A stretch of 64,000 nucleotides of DNA from an uncultured Gammaproteobacteria bacterium (GTDB lineage: Bacteria > Patescibacteriota > Patescibacteriia > SG8-24): contig CAZAOV010000002.1 in the NCBI GenBank assembly GCA_964486995.1, positions 26,559-90,558 on the forward strand. The letters are read 5' to 3'. Below the pieces are notes generated by a model, which was not told where the DNA came from, made no database searches, and saw nothing but the letters and a program-made list of their open reading frames with translations. The translations under genes and the position numbers were made by a program. This document shows, one piece after another, positions 20,188 to 29,999 of the stretch (positions within the stretch are counted from its first letter, which is position 1; the number at the start of each line of letters is the position of its first letter).

Positions 20188-20475
20188 ATGAATGGTCAGA
20201 TAATACTCGCTGCCGTAATGCGTAACCCGATATTCAGGGTCACGGCCAATGCTGCGTAGCTATCCATCGCGAGAGAAGCAGAGCTTCACAGTAACCAGCT
20301 GCTCGCAGAGCCACTCGATGAGTACAACGAAAAATTCGACTGCTTCTGCCACGCGCTCGGGCTGAACGAAGAAAACCAGACTCTCGTTTTCGAGGGTGCG
20401 CTCACCATCGAGCAGCTTCTGCTGTCACAGCCCAGCGTCATCATCGGCTTCGGCAACACCGCACCACACGAATGA
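20188..20475 (+). pseudogene. degenerate paralog family X member with in-frame TAG and internal deletions
   Basis: Own translation: MNGQIILAAVMRNPIFRVTANAA*LSIAREAELH...GALTIEQLLLSQPSVIIGFGN; TAG at 20257-20259; SD aagga. Confidence 0.75.
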
Positions 20476-20510
20476 CGAATTAAAAAACCCGCCACTTAGT
20501 AGCGGGTATT

Positions 20511-20551
20511 TTTATCCCCAGAATAGGTCCCTGGCACCTATTCTGGGGATA
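20511..20551. repeat. 41-bp palindromic element, left copy
   Basis: tttatccccagaataggtccctggcacctattctggggata; exact inverted copy at 22464..22504. Confidence 0.9.
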
Positions 20552-20580
20552 TTTTTTAGCATGAAGCTAGGCGGAGCACA

Positions 20581-22443
20581 TCAGAGCTGAATCCCCTGGT
20601 CGGTGGCGAGACGACGGAAGGTCGGAGAAACCTGGTGTAGTTTTTCGAACGAATCAGCGACAGCTTCGACTTGCTGTTCGCCGGGCGGTGTGTTTTCGAA
20701 CGAACGCAACACCACGAACTTGGAACATAGTTCGCGCACCGTCGAAAGTCGATGTGTCACGATGAGTGCGGAAACTTCAGGACCCAACAGTTTCTGCAGA
20801 CCATCCTGCACCGCACGTTCGGTAGTGGAGTCGAGCGAGGACGTGGCCTCGTCGATTACCATGAACTTCGGGTGCTTCAGCACCGCCGCGCCGACCATCA
20901 GACGCTGAGCCTGACCGCCGGACAGCTTGATTCCGCGCCGGCCGACTACGGTGTTAAGACCGTCTGTTAACCGTTCGCCGAAATCAATCTTCAACAATCG
21001 CATCACTCGCCAGAGATCCTCGTCGGTAACTTTGTCGCGCTCGTCTTCCGGCAGACCGTACAGCAGGTTATAGCGAATCGTACCGTCGAGTACCTGCGCC
21101 TGCTGAGCGATGTAGCCGATGCGCGATATCCACGAACTCACAGAGACTTCACGCAAATCGTAGCCGCCCACCAAAATCGAACCGCTGGTCGGATCACAAA
21201 AACGCTGCACCAACCGCATCAATGTAGTCTTGCCGGCGCCGGAGTCACCGAGCAGTGCGACCTTCTCGCCCGGCTCGATATCGAACGAAATGTTATCAAG
21301 CACCTTAATGACTTCGTGACCGCGGTCTCTGTAGGCGTAAGTAACACCATCTAGCACCACGTTCACCGACTCTTCCGACGACAACAGTACGGGCTGGTCC
21401 GAATCAACGATATCCGGCTCAACATTCATTGCGCGCCGCAACGACATCACCGACGGCATGCAATGATTCATATGCTCCTCGAGCTTAGACACACGCCACA
21501 TATTGTCACAAATGCGCCGTACCCAAATGTACATCGGCAACATTGCGGCTACGGTCCATTCACCGGACCAAATTCCCCACGACACCAGACACAACATGCC
21601 GAGTGAAATCAAATTAATGACGCTTCCGCGAATGCTGATCATCTGAATGAACCAATGCCAGAAACGCCGGTCTTTGACGATCAGATTGTCGTAATCCTCA
21701 TGCAGTCGATTTGTTTCCTCGTGTTCCTTGCCACATGTCTTCACGCGCTCGATGTTGTCCCAACGCTCCACGCGAAAGCGATTGATGCGACGAAACTCGG
21801 CATCGAGCGGTGTGCACACCTTAAGAATCGACCGATTCAAAAACAGTGAAGAAAACATGTGCAGGAATAATGCGCTAGTCATGACTGCGCCAGCGACTGG
21901 GAATACAATCCACAAAATCGCAAATGAAATGAGCAGTTCGGCGATGCGCACACCACCTTCTAGCAGCATCATCTCCTGCATCTGCAGCAATCGCGCTCTC
22001 CCTTTCTCCATGTTGGCGGCGGACAGGTCATCGCTATCACACATATGCTGACCGAGAGACTTCTCCATGAACATCTCAGTCAGACGCGTATCCAACCGAG
22101 TTATGTTGTATCCCAGGCAGTACTCACGAAAATGCATGAATGCGGTGAAGAACCAATGTGCCAGCAGAAACAACCCGCCAACTGTTCCAAGCGACCGGAC
22201 CAAGGCAGTCCAGTCCCGGGCGATGAGCGCCTCGATGGCCCACTTGATAGCGAGAGGCTCCAGCATGCTGAACACGCTGGCCAGCAACAGACTGATGAGC
22301 GCAGGTACAGCCCAGCGCCGACTTTCCGACGGTACGAACTCGCGCCACGCCCAGCGGAACACCCGAATCGACTCTAACGAATCGGACAGGTACTCGCGCA
22401 CCGTAACATTGGTGTTGCGACTCTCTTCCGGGTCTTTGTACAT
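20581..22443 (-). CDS. ABC exporter, fused TMD-NBD (MsbA/ABCB-like)
   Basis: TM domain, Walker A GDSGAGKT, LSGGQ, Walker B VIDEATS, H-loop. Confidence 0.95.
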   Translation of the reverse strand: MYKDPEESRNTNVTVREYLSDSLESIRVFRWAWREFVPSESRRWAVPALISLLLASVFSMLEPLAIKWAIEALIARDWTALVRSLGTVGGLFLLAHWFFTAFMHFREYCLGYNITRLDTRLTEMFMEKSLGQHMCDSDDLSAANMEKGRARLLQMQEMMLLEGGVRIAELLISFAILWIVFPVAGAVMTSALFLHMFSSLFLNRSILKVCTPLDAEFRRINRFRVERWDNIERVKTCGKEHEETNRLHEDYDNLIVKDRRFWHWFIQMISIRGSVINLISLGMLCLVSWGIWSGEWTVAAMLPMYIWVRRICDNMWRVSKLEEHMNHCMPSVMSLRRAMNVEPDIVDSDQPVLLSSEESVNVVLDGVTYAYRDRGHEVIKVLDNISFDIEPGEKVALLGDSGAGKTTLMRLVQRFCDPTSGSILVGGYDLREVSVSSWISRIGYIAQQAQVLDGTIRYNLLYGLPEDERDKVTDEDLWRVMRLLKIDFGERLTDGLNTVVGRRGIKLSGGQAQRLMVGAAVLKHPKFMVIDEATSSLDSTTERAVQDGLQKLLGPEVSALIVTHRLSTVRELCSKFVVLRSFENTPPGEQQVEAVADSFEKLHQVSPTFRRLATDQGIQL

Positions 22444-22463
22444 CTTTCCCTCCGACCAGCACT

Positions 22464-22504
22464 TATCCCCAGAATAGGTGCCAGGGACCTATTCTGGGGA
22501 TAAA
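22464..22504. repeat. 41-bp palindromic element, right inverted copy
   Basis: Reverse complement of 20511..20551. Confidence 0.9.
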
Positions 22505-22926
22505 GCACCTTTTGTATAAGAACAAAACGACCGTGCTCTTCTTCCGAACACGGTCTAGGGAATTCTCTAAATTAAGCTAAAAACTCAACATGAATTCACT
22601 GGAACGTGACCGGAAGCGGTCGGCACCACAAGCGCAATAACACCCAGAGGAGCTACGCTAGTTGGCGCACCAAAAACCAGGCCGCGGGTCGCGGCGTCGG
22701 CATTGCCGCACATCCAGTTTTTGTTAGTCCAGTTATTCATATTGGATATTTGTCCGACTTTTTTTGCCGGAGCCTATGGAGGTTAGCAGAGGTTATGCAG
22801 GGTGTCAAGAATTAGGGTACAGGGTGCAGGTTGCACAGGTTATTCTTTTTTATAAGTAATTTACCTTTCCTCACACCCTGTTACCTGCACCTCATAAAAA
22901 ACCGCCCACCAGGGACGGTTTCTTGA

Positions 22927-23283
22927 TCAGTACCCCCCAAGCACGATCGACAGTACAGGTGCCAAACGTCCTCGCTCACTGCACAGGTAGGTGATGCGCA
23001 ATGGCAATCGATCGGTCTGGCCCGAATCATCGGTCAGAGTGAACTCGAGCGGCTCGCATTTGATGGGCGGTTCGTACATATCAACTTCCACAGCGTGCAA
23101 TCGAAATAAATAAGAGCTGATATCATGCACGAACCGACGGAAATCTTCTTCACTCGAGTCGATGAGACGAAATTCGATTCGCCCATCACCTAGTGGTGAA
23201 AAATGACCGTGCAGACCGCTATTGGTCAGCGCCCGTGAAAAAGCGTCAACACATTGTGGCATCAAATCCAACCTGGTTCTCAT
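22927..23283 (-). CDS. hypothetical protein
   Basis: 118 aa; SD aggag; terminator at ~22895-22922. Confidence 0.65.
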   Translation of the reverse strand: MRTRLDLMPQCVDAFSRALTNSGLHGHFSPLGDGRIEFRLIDSSEEDFRRFVHDISSYLFRLHAVEVDMYEPPIKCEPLEFTLTDDSGQTDRLPLRITYLCSERGRLAPVLSIVLGGY

Positions 23284-23376
23284 TCGAAACTCCTAGGTTG
23301 ACCATACTGAATGTATCATTTAATTTCAATCCTGCATCAGATAAGCTATGAACAGCCCTTTCGCGAAGGAGTTGTA

Positions 23377-23886
23377 ATGAAAACCAAGAAAATCTCCGGC
23401 TCAAAGCTTTGGCAGGCGGTGCAGCAAGACCCGCTCATAATGAACAGCCTGCCCACCCCGGAACACCAGGCGGCGTATGGGCATTATGTGAAGTTTGACC
23501 TGCTCATGGCTTTGTTCACGCTACTAAATAAGCCCGCATCGCTCGAGACCATTCTGCGAGCCCAGCTCGAGCACGCTAAGTCAGCAATGACCACCGGCCT
23601 AACCAAACAGCTGGCAGCAATTGATTTAGGTGAGCCAGTCGATCAGATGCCGGCCATGGTGGACATGGCGGTTCAGGGCATGGTGCAAACCATTGTGTCT
23701 GTCATGCAATCAATCGCCGATGATATCGACGGCTACCTTGAGCAGCACAATACCACCGAACGCGAGCAGCTCGAGGCTACCCAACTGACGCCGGATAATA
23801 CCGAGAAAATCCTACGGCGTGAACTAAGCATCGGTGACCTGCTGCTGCTGCAGCCGTGCGTAATTTTGCAACCGCAGGCTGAGTAA
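23377..23886 (+). CDS. hypothetical protein, paralog family X
   Basis: Start MKTKK after SD aaggag; WQAV, LNKPA, TERE, LSIGDLL..PCVIL. Confidence 0.8.
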   Translation: MKTKKISGSKLWQAVQQDPLIMNSLPTPEHQAAYGHYVKFDLLMALFTLLNKPASLETILRAQLEHAKSAMTTGLTKQLAAIDLGEPVDQMPAMVDMAVQGMVQTIVSVMQSIADDIDGYLEQHNTTEREQLEATQLTPDNTEKILRRELSIGDLLLLQPCVILQPQAE

Positions 23887-24101
23887 ACATCTTCCGCTCG
23901 TAAGGGCGGTTTTTTGTTAAAAAAGCCGCGGGAAACGGCATGACGCAGAAACAAATCACTAAGACGGATTTGTCGCCCTCTTAAAATAAGTCTGACTGTT
24001 TTGAGTCGAATTGCTGACCTTGTGCGACGACCATTTCCCTCGTTAATAAAAAAAGACGCTGAAATAAATCCAGCGTCATAGCTCCAGAACGTGACGGGAG
24101 A

Positions 24102-24680
24102 TTAACCCTTATCCTCAATCACCTCCCAAACATCGACCAATTCGATGACCGATTCCTCGTTCAGCGGAGCGAAACCGCACCGAGAGAAATGAGCTAGAAA
24201 CGCTTCCTCGTCATCCTCATAGAGCAGGACGAAATCGGTTTCGGTCATGTCGTGAATCAACTTAATCCGCTCATGCACGTCATCACCGGCAAACAATTTC
24301 TGTCGCAACTCGTCGAGCGGCCTCTCCATTTCAGGTACGGAACTAGGAACCGACACGAGATAGCGCCCGCCTTCCGTATACGCCAACTCTGACAGACCGG
24401 CCGAAAATGCAATCGGCCCATGCTTCAGAAGTGTCTCGCGAGTGGCGCTGTTCGTGACGAAAGAAACGAGTTCCTGCCCGTAATCGGCAGTCGGAACCGC
24501 CAATCTAATCAAACTCACCTCTCCCAATGCTCCTGCCAACGGCTTGAGCGTCAGTGGATCAAGGACTCCATACAAAGAATCCTTGGACGACATGACCGGC
24601 TCCTGACCCTTCATCATATACCACATAACCAGAGCCAGCAGGCCCAGCACGACCATCACAACCATAATCACCTGCAGCAT
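24102..24680 (-). CDS. N-terminally anchored membrane protein, paralog family Z
   Basis: TM, then VLDPLTLKPL...GE motif shared with 27163..27843; SD ggaggagg; TTGACA-17-TAACGT promoter at 24740-24768. Confidence 0.75.
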   Translation of the reverse strand: MLQVIMVVMVVLGLLALVMWYMMKGQEPVMSSKDSLYGVLDPLTLKPLAGALGEVSLIRLAVPTADYGQELVSFVTNSATRETLLKHGPIAFSAGLSELAYTEGGRYLVSVPSSVPEMERPLDELRQKLFAGDDVHERIKLIHDMTETDFVLLYEDDEEAFLAHFSRCGFAPLNEESVIELVDVWEVIEDKG

Positions 24681-24860
24681 CCTTTCCTCCTCCGCTTAGA
24701 GTAGAATTGCCCTCTTAGGCCTGTTCTTTCGAACACCGCACGTTACCATATTTGTGCTTATTTGTCAATACTTATACCCAACTCGACTTTGACGACCGAG
24801 CTTATCAGAGTTAAAAAGAATAACGCCGACCCGCAGTAGGGCGGGCAAAAAGGAGGTCCT

Positions 24861-25349
24861 GTGACTGTTACTGGCAAACATATTCTTCAGGCGGTCATCG
24901 ATGACGGCGGATTCGACCCGAGCATGCCCCCGGCTGCACGCCAAATCCTGGAACAATTCCTTGAGAATGATGTTCCTACCGCGCTTGCTGCCCTGCTCAA
25001 CCAGCCAGCGACCGCCAAGCTCATTACAGAGGCACAACTCGCCTATAACGAGTGCTATCTGAATCAGGATATGCCTCGAAAGCTAATCACGGCCGGACTG
25101 CCGAACGACCCGCGCGCTTCGCAGGTTATTGCGGCGTTCGAGGGTAAAATTAGTCAGGTCGTGCAGATGCTGCGAGTGGTTGTGAACAACTTCGATGACA
25201 TGCTGAAGCAAAACGGCTGGAACGAGCGGGACTACCTGCTCACTCTCAATCTGCCGACCGGTATGACGCAGACAATACTGAATCACCAGCTCACTATCGG
25301 CGAGCTTGTCGTGGATTGCCCCCAGGTCATTCTCGGTTTCGGGAGCTGA
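24861..25349 (+). CDS. hypothetical protein, paralog family X
   Basis: GTG start after aaggagg; LQAV, LNQPA, NERD, LTIGELV..PQVILGFG. Confidence 0.8.
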   Translation: MTVTGKHILQAVIDDGGFDPSMPPAARQILEQFLENDVPTALAALLNQPATAKLITEAQLAYNECYLNQDMPRKLITAGLPNDPRASQVIAAFEGKISQVVQMLRVVVNNFDDMLKQNGWNERDYLLTLNLPTGMTQTILNHQLTIGELVVDCPQVILGFGS

Positions 25350-25464
25350 TATAAATCCCGGCACTTTGTTGCCGGGTTTTTTGAAATTTCATTTCGCAGT
25401 ATCAAAAGACCCCGCCGCAGGAAGCGTTGGGGTTTTTGTGTATGGTGGGGTCTGGTGACTTTTT

Positions 25465-26025
25465 CTATTCGCCGCCAGAGCAAGACGCTGATAGGACGTG
25501 ATTGATCTCTGAATGAACCGGCGGCGGGACAGAGATGATCACTTTGCCTTCTGGGGCGATGACGTTAACGGTGAACAGCTCACCTTCTCTGACGCGCCAC
25601 TCGCCCGTCGAAACGCCGCAACCCACGATGTGCCAGTACAGTGCGCTCGGCACTACGCGAATCCGGAGCGAACGCCCGTCTTCGAGCGTCACCACAGAAT
25701 CGCGACCGTCTCGCTCCAACGTCGCACCGTAGAAGGTGCTGTGCCGATTCGGGACGAAACTGGTTGCCGGGCCGAGCTCGATGCTGGTCTCGACACACTC
25801 CTCTGATGGAACCGTGGGGGTCTCACTCTCCTGCTCCTGCTCGGTCTCGACATCGGTGTCGAGGGCGGTCTGGGGAACAAGCTGCTCGTTCTGGGCAGCG
25901 CAACCACACATCTGACATGCCAGCACGATGATGCCGGCGATGACGGCCTCGACGACGATTACGTTACGCAGTCCGATGAAAGCATTCATTATCTTCTCCT
26001 CTTTCTGGGTCAGCGTCCTTGCCAA
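25465..26025 (-). CDS. putative lipoprotein/secreted protein
   Basis: Hydrophobic leader ending CGC, acidic linker; promoter TTGACA-17-TATATT at 26132-26160; start could be 25989. Confidence 0.7.
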   Translation of the reverse strand: MARTLTQKEEKIMNAFIGLRNVIVVEAVIAGIIVLACQMCGCAAQNEQLVPQTALDTDVETEQEQESETPTVPSEECVETSIELGPATSFVPNRHSTFYGATLERDGRDSVVTLEDGRSLRIRVVPSALYWHIVGCGVSTGEWRVREGELFTVNVIAPEGKVIISVPPPVHSEINHVLSASCSGGE

Positions 26026-26274
26026 CCCTCTCCTCGGTGCACATCCGAGCCACTTTGAATCCTAGACAAGCATCGGACAACAGTTCGAAACGCACGCCGA
26101 GGGTAGGGTTGGTTAATTGAAAGAACGATATAATATAACATATTTTACTGGTTTTGTCAAGAGTTTCTGGAGATATAAATTGTCTTATTTAAGGTAAAAA
26201 TTAGGATTTTTAAACCCAAGTCAAAAGAAACATTACAAATATGAAAAAACCGAGCTTAATGCTCGGATTTAGGC

Positions 26275-26889
26275 TTATTCTTGCTCCGCTTCTTCCGCTT
26301 CGGCGGCAATCCGAGCTCGGTCGACTTCGATGCCGGACTGTAGCCAAAACGCCAGCTGTTCTGGACTGCGCAGGGCATTCTCATCGGCGAACGGCCAGTT
26401 GAGCGACACCGTATACGGCACATCACACTCTTCGAGCGTAACACAACCCTCGGGTTCCATTACGACAGCTCGCGGATTGTCGGCTCGTTCGGAAAGATCA
26501 GCACTGCCCGTTCGTGTACGCTGATAAATCAGGCCCTCAGCGTTCCGCACATAGTAGATAAGCGACCATATCACTTGACGACGATTCGGAGTCAAGCGCA
26601 CCCACAGTACCGCACCAGCCGGACCAAACGCGCGAATCTCTGGACCGGTGGTATGCCCGACCTGCCAACCAATCGGCAAGGTCATACCAAACCAGCGCTC
26701 AGGCTCTGGCGAAGCGTCTTCCTCAACCTCGTCGATATAGGGGTTCGCGGCGATAGTTGTCGGTTCCTCGGCCTGCGCCTGCTCGGCATGAGCCACACCA
26801 GGGCAGCCGCACAGGTAAATCGAGCAGATGAAAATGATAAGCAGCATCGTGCCCAAAAAGGTTAGCGGGAAAATGAACTCTTTTCTCAT
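26275..26889 (-). CDS. secreted/lipoprotein, paralog family Y
   Basis: Leader with LCGC; PIGWQV, VIWSLIY, VSLNWP; SD aggagg. Confidence 0.75.
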   Translation of the reverse strand: MRKEFIFPLTFLGTMLLIIFICSIYLCGCPGVAHAEQAQAEEPTTIAANPYIDEVEEDASPEPERWFGMTLPIGWQVGHTTGPEIRAFGPAGAVLWVRLTPNRRQVIWSLIYYVRNAEGLIYQRTRTGSADLSERADNPRAVVMEPEGCVTLEECDVPYTVSLNWPFADENALRSPEQLAFWLQSGIEVDRARIAAEAEEAEQE

Positions 26890-26998
26890 CGGTTCCTCCT
26901 AAATTCGATGACTGTTTAATCTAGCAGAGGACGAGTGCAACGTCAAGAATATATATGCGAAAGTAAAATTATAGGTCGGTTAAATCACCGTTAAATGT

Positions 26999-27072
26999 GT
27001 CGCCGCAAAGCTTGTCTCTGCCCATACAGGCACGTACCCGCCGAATTAGGCAGAATCAAGCTCTACAGCTAC
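26999..27072. repeat. REPIN-like inverted pair, family A
   Basis: gtcgccgcaaagcttgtctctgccc ... ggcagaatcaagctctacagctac. Confidence 0.7.
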
Positions 27073-27162
27073 CGTAAATAAAAAAGACCCCATCAAATTG
27101 AAGGGTCTCGTATAGGCACCGCCCTAGAAGTCGCCGCAGTCCCTGCCGTTGACGCAGGAAAG

Positions 27163-27843
27163 TCATTTACCGTCCTGAAACCAGGTGTCCTCGAGTGAAG
27201 ACGGCTTGACCGCTGCGGTGGCCGCATGACGCTCGGAAGCGAGCAGATGCTCAACGTCATCAATGAAAATGTCAGCGAAGGCCGACTCGACAGTCTCGTC
27301 TAGTTCGGTCACTAGATCATTGTCAAGCGGTGGAAGCTCTTCAACCACCTCGATACAGTCCTCGACATCGGCATCCGCGAGGTAATAATTCATCTCCCAC
27401 GCATGCTGCAAAGTGTCGAACACCCGGTCGAAATCGGGCTCCGCGCCATTGCCCACCACCCCGAACATGAAGTGATGGAGCGAAACGAGATCGATCAGTT
27501 CCAGATCGATGTCACCCGCGTAGTAGCAGTAACTTCCGCGACAACCGGCGAGATCATCGAGGTTCTGCCGGAAAGGCGTCAAGCCGAGCTTGCGATAAAG
27601 TACAGCAGTTCGAGGATTGACTCGCACACTAATCGTACCTTTAGAGTTGATGATGGTAATCTCCTCGCCGTTGTCCTTGTTGAGGGGCTCGTTGGCGAGC
27701 GGATCCATTACCTGCACAGGCACGGAAAGACGGCTGTCTTCCTCCGCATGCCGTGCATGTCCACGACTATGAGTGACTATCTCGTAAATGACCAAGGCTC
27801 CAATGATGGCCACGGCAACCACGACAGCAATCGTGAATTCCAT
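27163..27843 (-). CDS. N-terminally anchored membrane protein, paralog family Z
   Basis: Start MEFTI after gaggagg; TM; VMDPLANEPL...GE. Confidence 0.75.
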   Translation of the reverse strand: MEFTIAVVVAVAIIGALVIYEIVTHSRGHARHAEEDSRLSVPVQVMDPLANEPLNKDNGEEITIINSKGTISVRVNPRTAVLYRKLGLTPFRQNLDDLAGCRGSYCYYAGDIDLELIDLVSLHHFMFGVVGNGAEPDFDRVFDTLQHAWEMNYYLADADVEDCIEVVEELPPLDNDLVTELDETVESAFADIFIDDVEHLLASERHAATAAVKPSSLEDTWFQDGK

Positions 27844-27892
27844 TCTTTCCTCCTCTGGGCTCGCGCCCTCTGGTCCGTCTATCGAACCGAGA

Positions 27893-27921
27893 AATATAGC
27901 AGGATTTAGCTTGGTTGTCAA
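27893..27921 (-). promoter_or_regulatory. sigma70 promoter
   Basis: TTGACA-17 nt-TATATT. Confidence 0.7.
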
Positions 27922-28008
27922 GCGTTGTGCGTTGCGGGCGACATTCCAGCCTAGTTGCATTACCCATCTGGATTCACAGCCAAGCGGTGACTGACCCACC
28001 TAACAACG

Positions 28009-28051
28009 CTGTCATTGCGACCCCGGCCCCGAGCCGGAGTCGCAATGACAG
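28009..28051. repeat. GTCATTGCGA-type palindrome
   Basis: ctgtcattgcgac-cccggccccgagccgga-gtcgcaatgacag, 13-bp perfect arms. Confidence 0.65.
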
Positions 28052-28121
28052 GCCGATAGACTTTAGATGCCTGCTACCTGTCCCCCAACAAAAAAACCGC
28101 CCAATAAGGGCGGCATGAGGT

Positions 28122-29999
28122 CTAAATAACAACCCCCTGATCCTCGGCTAAGCGTCGAAATGTCGGCGAAATTTGAGCAATTTCTTCGAAAGAACCGCCG
28201 ATGACCTCGATTTGATTCTCACCAGCTGGTGTGTTTTGAAGTTCGCGCAACACCACAAACTTGGAACACAGCTCGCGCACGGTAGAAAGCCGATGAGCCA
28301 CGATAAGCGCTGAAACGTCCTCACCAAGAATCTTACGCAGCCCGTCTTGTACCGCCTTCTCGGTAGTGGAATCGAGCGAGGACGTGGCCTCGTCGATGAC
28401 CATGAACCGCGGACATTTCAGTACCGCCGCACCGACCATCAACCGCTGAGCCTGCCCGCCGGATAGCTTAATCCCCCGCCGGCCGACCACGGTGTCGAGC
28501 CCATCCACAAGACGCTCACCGAAGTCGATTTTCAACAGTTCTACCACGCGTTGCAGTTCTTCGTCCGTAACTTTATTACGTTCCTCGGCCGGCAAACCGT
28601 ACAGCAAATTGTATTTGATAGTGCCATCTAGAACCTGCGGCTGCTGCGGAATGTATCCAATTAGGCGCTGCCAATCGCGTAACCGTACCGCGCGCAAGTC
28701 ATGACCGTCAATCAATATACGTCCGGCGGTCGGATCCATAAACCGCTGAACCAACCGCATCACCGTAGTCTTGCCTGCACCGGACGGACCGACCAAAGCG
28801 ACCTTTTCACCTAGGCTGATACTGAAATCCACACCGGAAAGAACCGGCGGATTGTCCTTGTTGGTGTCCTCACCGTCGCCGCGCGGATAAGTGAAGCAGA
28901 CATCATCCAACTCCACCGCGACCGGCAAATCATTAGACAATCGATGCGCGTTCGGTGTGTCGGTCACTTCGCAGGGCATCATCAACGCTTCACGCATGGA
29001 CCGTACGGACGGCATGTTCTTGTTCATGCGGTGCTCAACCTGCCCGATGCGCCACACATCATCAGAGATGCGCCGCACCCAGGTAATGAACGGAAACAGG
29101 GTACCGATTGTGAAAGCACTCTGCCACACCATCCAGGCCGCATAGCAAATCAGCGGTCCAATAATCAGAATGTCATAGATCAAGTGTCGGATGTTGAATG
29201 TGCGGATGAACCACAGCCAAAACTTACGGTCCCGTGCGATGATGTCCATGTACCACGTACGCAAGTGCCGAACCTCTTCCTCTTCCTTGCCGTTGGTCTT
29301 GACCCGCTCTGGATATTCCCAACGCTCCCGCATGTAGCGATTGATGGCGCGGAAATCCGCATCGAGCGGAGTGGTCTCGGCGATGGTTCGGCGGTTTACG
29401 TAGGTTGCCCAAAAGAAGTAAGACACCAGCAGACCGAACATGACCAAACCAGCGAACCACGACAGCACGAGCAAGAAGATAAACGAGATTAGCACGTTAA
29501 ATACGGTCATCACCCCGTCGAACAGCACCACGTACTCGACCTCCATCACGCGATGGCGGCCCTTCTCCACGTTGGCGGCCGACAGCACCCCCGAATCCTG
29601 TAGGTGCTGACCGAGCGACTTGGCCAGAAACAGTTCGGTCGAACGCACGTTCAGCTGAACTTCGTCCTCTCCGATGGCATACTCGCGCAGGCTGAAAAAA
29701 ATCCAACTGCAGATTCGGCTCAACGTGAAAAGGGTCACGATAGAACCGAGCGACCACACCACCATGTCGTAATTGCGTATGACTAAGCCGTCCACCAAAT
29801 ATTTTAGCGCGAACGGGAACAGCATACCGAACACCGTGGCGAACAATTGTGCGACGAGCGCACCAAGCTGCCACCGACGACTCAATCGGTTGACAAATTC
29901 ATCAATAACCCAACGAAACACACGGACTGCTTCCAGAGCGTCCGCTAGATATTCTCGTAACGAACCGGCAATACGCCGAGATTCCCTGGGGTCGTCCAT
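28122..29999 (-). CDS. ABC exporter, fused TMD-NBD; paralog of 20581..22443
   Basis: Start MDDPRES after ggaggag; GPSGAGKT, LSGGQ, VIDEATSSLD; long shared stretches with the other copy. Confidence 0.95.
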   Translation of the reverse strand: MDDPRESRRIAGSLREYLADALEAVRVFRWVIDEFVNRLSRRWQLGALVAQLFATVFGMLFPFALKYLVDGLVIRNYDMVVWSLGSIVTLFTLSRICSWIFFSLREYAIGEDEVQLNVRSTELFLAKSLGQHLQDSGVLSAANVEKGRHRVMEVEYVVLFDGVMTVFNVLISFIFLLVLSWFAGLVMFGLLVSYFFWATYVNRRTIAETTPLDADFRAINRYMRERWEYPERVKTNGKEEEEVRHLRTWYMDIIARDRKFWLWFIRTFNIRHLIYDILIIGPLICYAAWMVWQSAFTIGTLFPFITWVRRISDDVWRIGQVEHRMNKNMPSVRSMREALMMPCEVTDTPNAHRLSNDLPVAVELDDVCFTYPRGDGEDTNKDNPPVLSGVDFSISLGEKVALVGPSGAGKTTVMRLVQRFMDPTAGRILIDGHDLRAVRLRDWQRLIGYIPQQPQVLDGTIKYNLLYGLPAEERNKVTDEELQRVVELLKIDFGERLVDGLDTVVGRRGIKLSGGQAQRLMVGAAVLKCPRFMVIDEATSSLDSTTEKAVQDGLRKILGEDVSALIVAHRLSTVRELCSKFVVLRELQNTPAGENQIEVIGGSFEEIAQISPTFRRLAEDQGVVI

